The position numbers and the translations under genes are program-made. Under the pieces are notes generated by a model. The model had not been told where the DNA came from. It ran no database searches and saw only the letters and a program-made list of their open reading frames with translations. A DNA stretch of 64,000 nt from NCBI GenBank assembly GCA_963829055.1, contig CAWHHI010000017.1:128001-192000 (forward strand), in the 5' to 3' direction. The number at the start of each line of letters is the position of its first letter. Position 1 is the first letter of the stretch. Source of the stretch: an uncultured Gemmatimonadaceae bacterium. GTDB taxonomy: Bacteria > Gemmatimonadota > Gemmatimonadetes > Gemmatimonadales > Gemmatimonadaceae. Below are positions 62,357 through 64,000 of this stretch, piece after piece.

Positions 62357-63562
62357 CTATTCAGTTGCCACCTGCGCCGCCGGCAGCGTCGCAAAGAAGT
62401 CCTCGCGAAAGCGCGGCATGTAGGCCGCCAGAAGGTCGTCGACGCGCGCTGCCGCCGACGACGCCACGATCAGCCCGGCGTGGTGGCGCTTGGACAGGCG
62501 CCAGACGATTTCCGGATCACCGAACGCCGAGAGGTCAGGCCATTCCTGGCGCGCCAGCGATATCAGCAGCCCCGCGTGGTCCGAGCGGCCCACGGGAAGT
62601 GCGTATTCGTCACCGTGCACGTCCGCGACCTCGACCCGCGCCCACTCGCGCCACAGGTTGAGCCCCGTCGCCGCCTCCACCAGCGCGACGATGTTCGCGC
62701 CGCCGACCCGCGCCGCGGTCTCGAGAAAGTAGTAGCGACCATCCTCCCTGCCCCGGATGAACTCCGTGTGCAGCGCGCCGCGCGTCATGCCTAACGCCGT
62801 CACGACCTGCTCGTTCCCGGTCACGAGCGCCGCCGATTCCTCCGACGCACGATCGAGCGTGCGCGTGCAGAACACGCCGCCGCCGTGATACACGTCGAAC
62901 GGCGGCTGGAAGTACCCGTGCGCCTCGGCGAATACCACCTTCCCACCCCACGCGATCGCGTCGACGTGAAAGACATCGCCGGGCACGTATCGCTCGAGCA
63001 GGTGAAACGACTGGCGATCGCCGAGAACGTCGAGCAGCGGCCAGAGCTCCTCGGCGCGCTCGATCTTCTTGATGCCGATGGCCGACGCCGAGAGACGCGG
63101 CTTGAGCAGCCACGGCGGCGGCACGCGCTCCATGAACGCGCGTATCCGATCGTGGTTGAAGATCGGCACGAACTCGGGCACGAGCACGCCGCGCGCCTCC
63201 GCCTGCATGCGCATCGCCAGCTTGTCACGAAAGAAGCGGACGGTGCTCTCGCCCATCCCTGGCACACGCATGTGCTCGCGAAGCGTCGACGCCATCTCCA
63301 GATCGAACTCGTCCAGCGGGACGATCCGGTCGATCGACTCCGTGCGCGCCAGCCAGCTGACGCCGTTGATCATGTGATCCCGATCCGTGAGATCCGGAAT
63401 CAGGAGGAGCTCGTCAATGCTGTCGCGGGGCCACTCCAGGTCGCGAAGTGCCTCGCGCGTGACGAGCAGCACGCGCGCACCCAGCCGGTGGCACTCACGG
63501 ATGAAGTCGTGGCCCTTGAAGTAGCTGGCCAGGCAGAGGATCGTGACGGGGCGTCGAGGCAT
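62357..63562 (-). CDS. ATP-grasp domain protein
   Basis: FRDKLAMR, LKPR..ASAIGIKK, HTEFI, FLETAARVGG. Confidence 0.88.
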   Translation of the reverse strand: MPRRPVTILCLASYFKGHDFIRECHRLGARVLLVTREALRDLEWPRDSIDELLLIPDLTDRDHMINGVSWLARTESIDRIVPLDEFDLEMASTLREHMRVPGMGESTVRFFRDKLAMRMQAEARGVLVPEFVPIFNHDRIRAFMERVPPPWLLKPRLSASAIGIKKIERAEELWPLLDVLGDRQSFHLLERYVPGDVFHVDAIAWGGKVVFAEAHGYFQPPFDVYHGGGVFCTRTLDRASEESAALVTGNEQVVTALGMTRGALHTEFIRGREDGRYYFLETAARVGGANIVALVEAATGLNLWREWARVEVADVHGDEYALPVGRSDHAGLLISLARQEWPDLSAFGDPEIVWRLSKRHHAGLIVASSAAARVDDLLAAYMPRFREDFFATLPAAQVATE

Positions 63563-63735
63563 GTCCGATGCGTGAAGTCAGCCGGTCCGCGGTAGTCCGC
63601 GGGAATCTGCGATGGTTCGACGATTGTAACGATGCCCGTCCGCTGGTCGCGCTGTCACCCCTGGCGGCGGAGATTACCGACCCCGCGCCGTTACATTCAC
63701 CGCTGCACGTTCGCTCCTGGTCTCGCTCCTCGCCC

Positions 63736-64000
63736 ATGGCCCCGCGCGTCGACAACCTTCGTGAACCGGTGCATCGGACGGTGCGACTCGTGGCCCTCGG
63801 TCACCTGGCCGACGCGTCCGCGGCGCGCAACCGACTGGCCGACGCCAAGGACGGCGAGGCGCTGCACGACTTCCGGGTCGCGCTCCGTCGACTCCGGAGC
63901 TGGGAGCGCGCCTTTCGCCCGTACCTCCGAGCCGACCTCCCGAAGAAGCTTCGTCGACGACTGGGCGATGTCGCTGGCGACACGGGCGCGAGCCGCGACC
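63736..64000 (+). CDS. CHAD domain protein, runs off window end
   Basis: Own translation MAPRVDNLREP...EALHDFRVALRRLRSW; not in ORF track because no stop in window. Confidence 0.8.
   Translation, partial: MAPRVDNLREPVHRTVRLVALGHLADASAARNRLADAKDGEALHDFRVALRRLRSWERAFRPYLRADLPKKLRRRLGDVAGDTGASRD

Noticed and set aside
656..62796. Integron attC sites, since GCCTAAC and GTTAGGC match the RYYYAAC / GTTRRRY cores
   Set aside because: I found no GCCTAAC followed by GTTAGGC within about 150 nt in a palindrome. Most copies are intragenic, and there is no integrase or cassette array.
656..62796. Telomere-like TTAGGG repeats or a Chi/KOPS site
   Set aside because: Copies are never tandem, usually end GGC, and show only weak strand bias.
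6962..62960. HIP1-like GCGATCGC abundance
   Set aside because: Plausibly explained by common Ala-Ile-Ala codons (GCG ATC GC) at this GC content; not separable by eye.

Overview
High-GC (roughly 68-70% by eye) bacterial chromosomal segment with about 50 protein-coding genes. I found no rRNA, tRNA, CRISPR array, transposase or integrase. The repertoire includes DUF885, M28 peptidase, LVIVD/YVTN propellers, a Ser/Thr kinase, many lipoproteins and a binding protein-chemoreceptor pair, which suggests Gemmatimonadota (inference, not checked). At least 14 ordinary genes are split by frameshifts, most likely uncorrected long-read indels. The strongest non-genic signal is the octamer CGTTAGGC/GCCTAACG. 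By hand I count about 48 exact copies (about 61 GTTAGG cores), roughly 1 per kb, on both strands. It imposes rare codons and supplies seven stop codons, which resembles a DNA-uptake or HIP1-type iterated signal. Intergenic space also carries five dispersed repeat families and heptamer-armed elements, one of which encloses a four-helix-bundle gene. Unusual proteins and modules: a sigma-region-2/FecR fusion lacking region 4; an ECF sigma/anti-sigma/PDZ-plug-PDZ operon; a Ser/Thr kinase-LprI fusion; and a Tat glycosidase-SSS transporter-nucleotidyltransferase-GHMP kinase (GEHTDY to GKHTDY) unit that may salvage an acidic sugar. All family calls come from motif recognition only; no database was searched.
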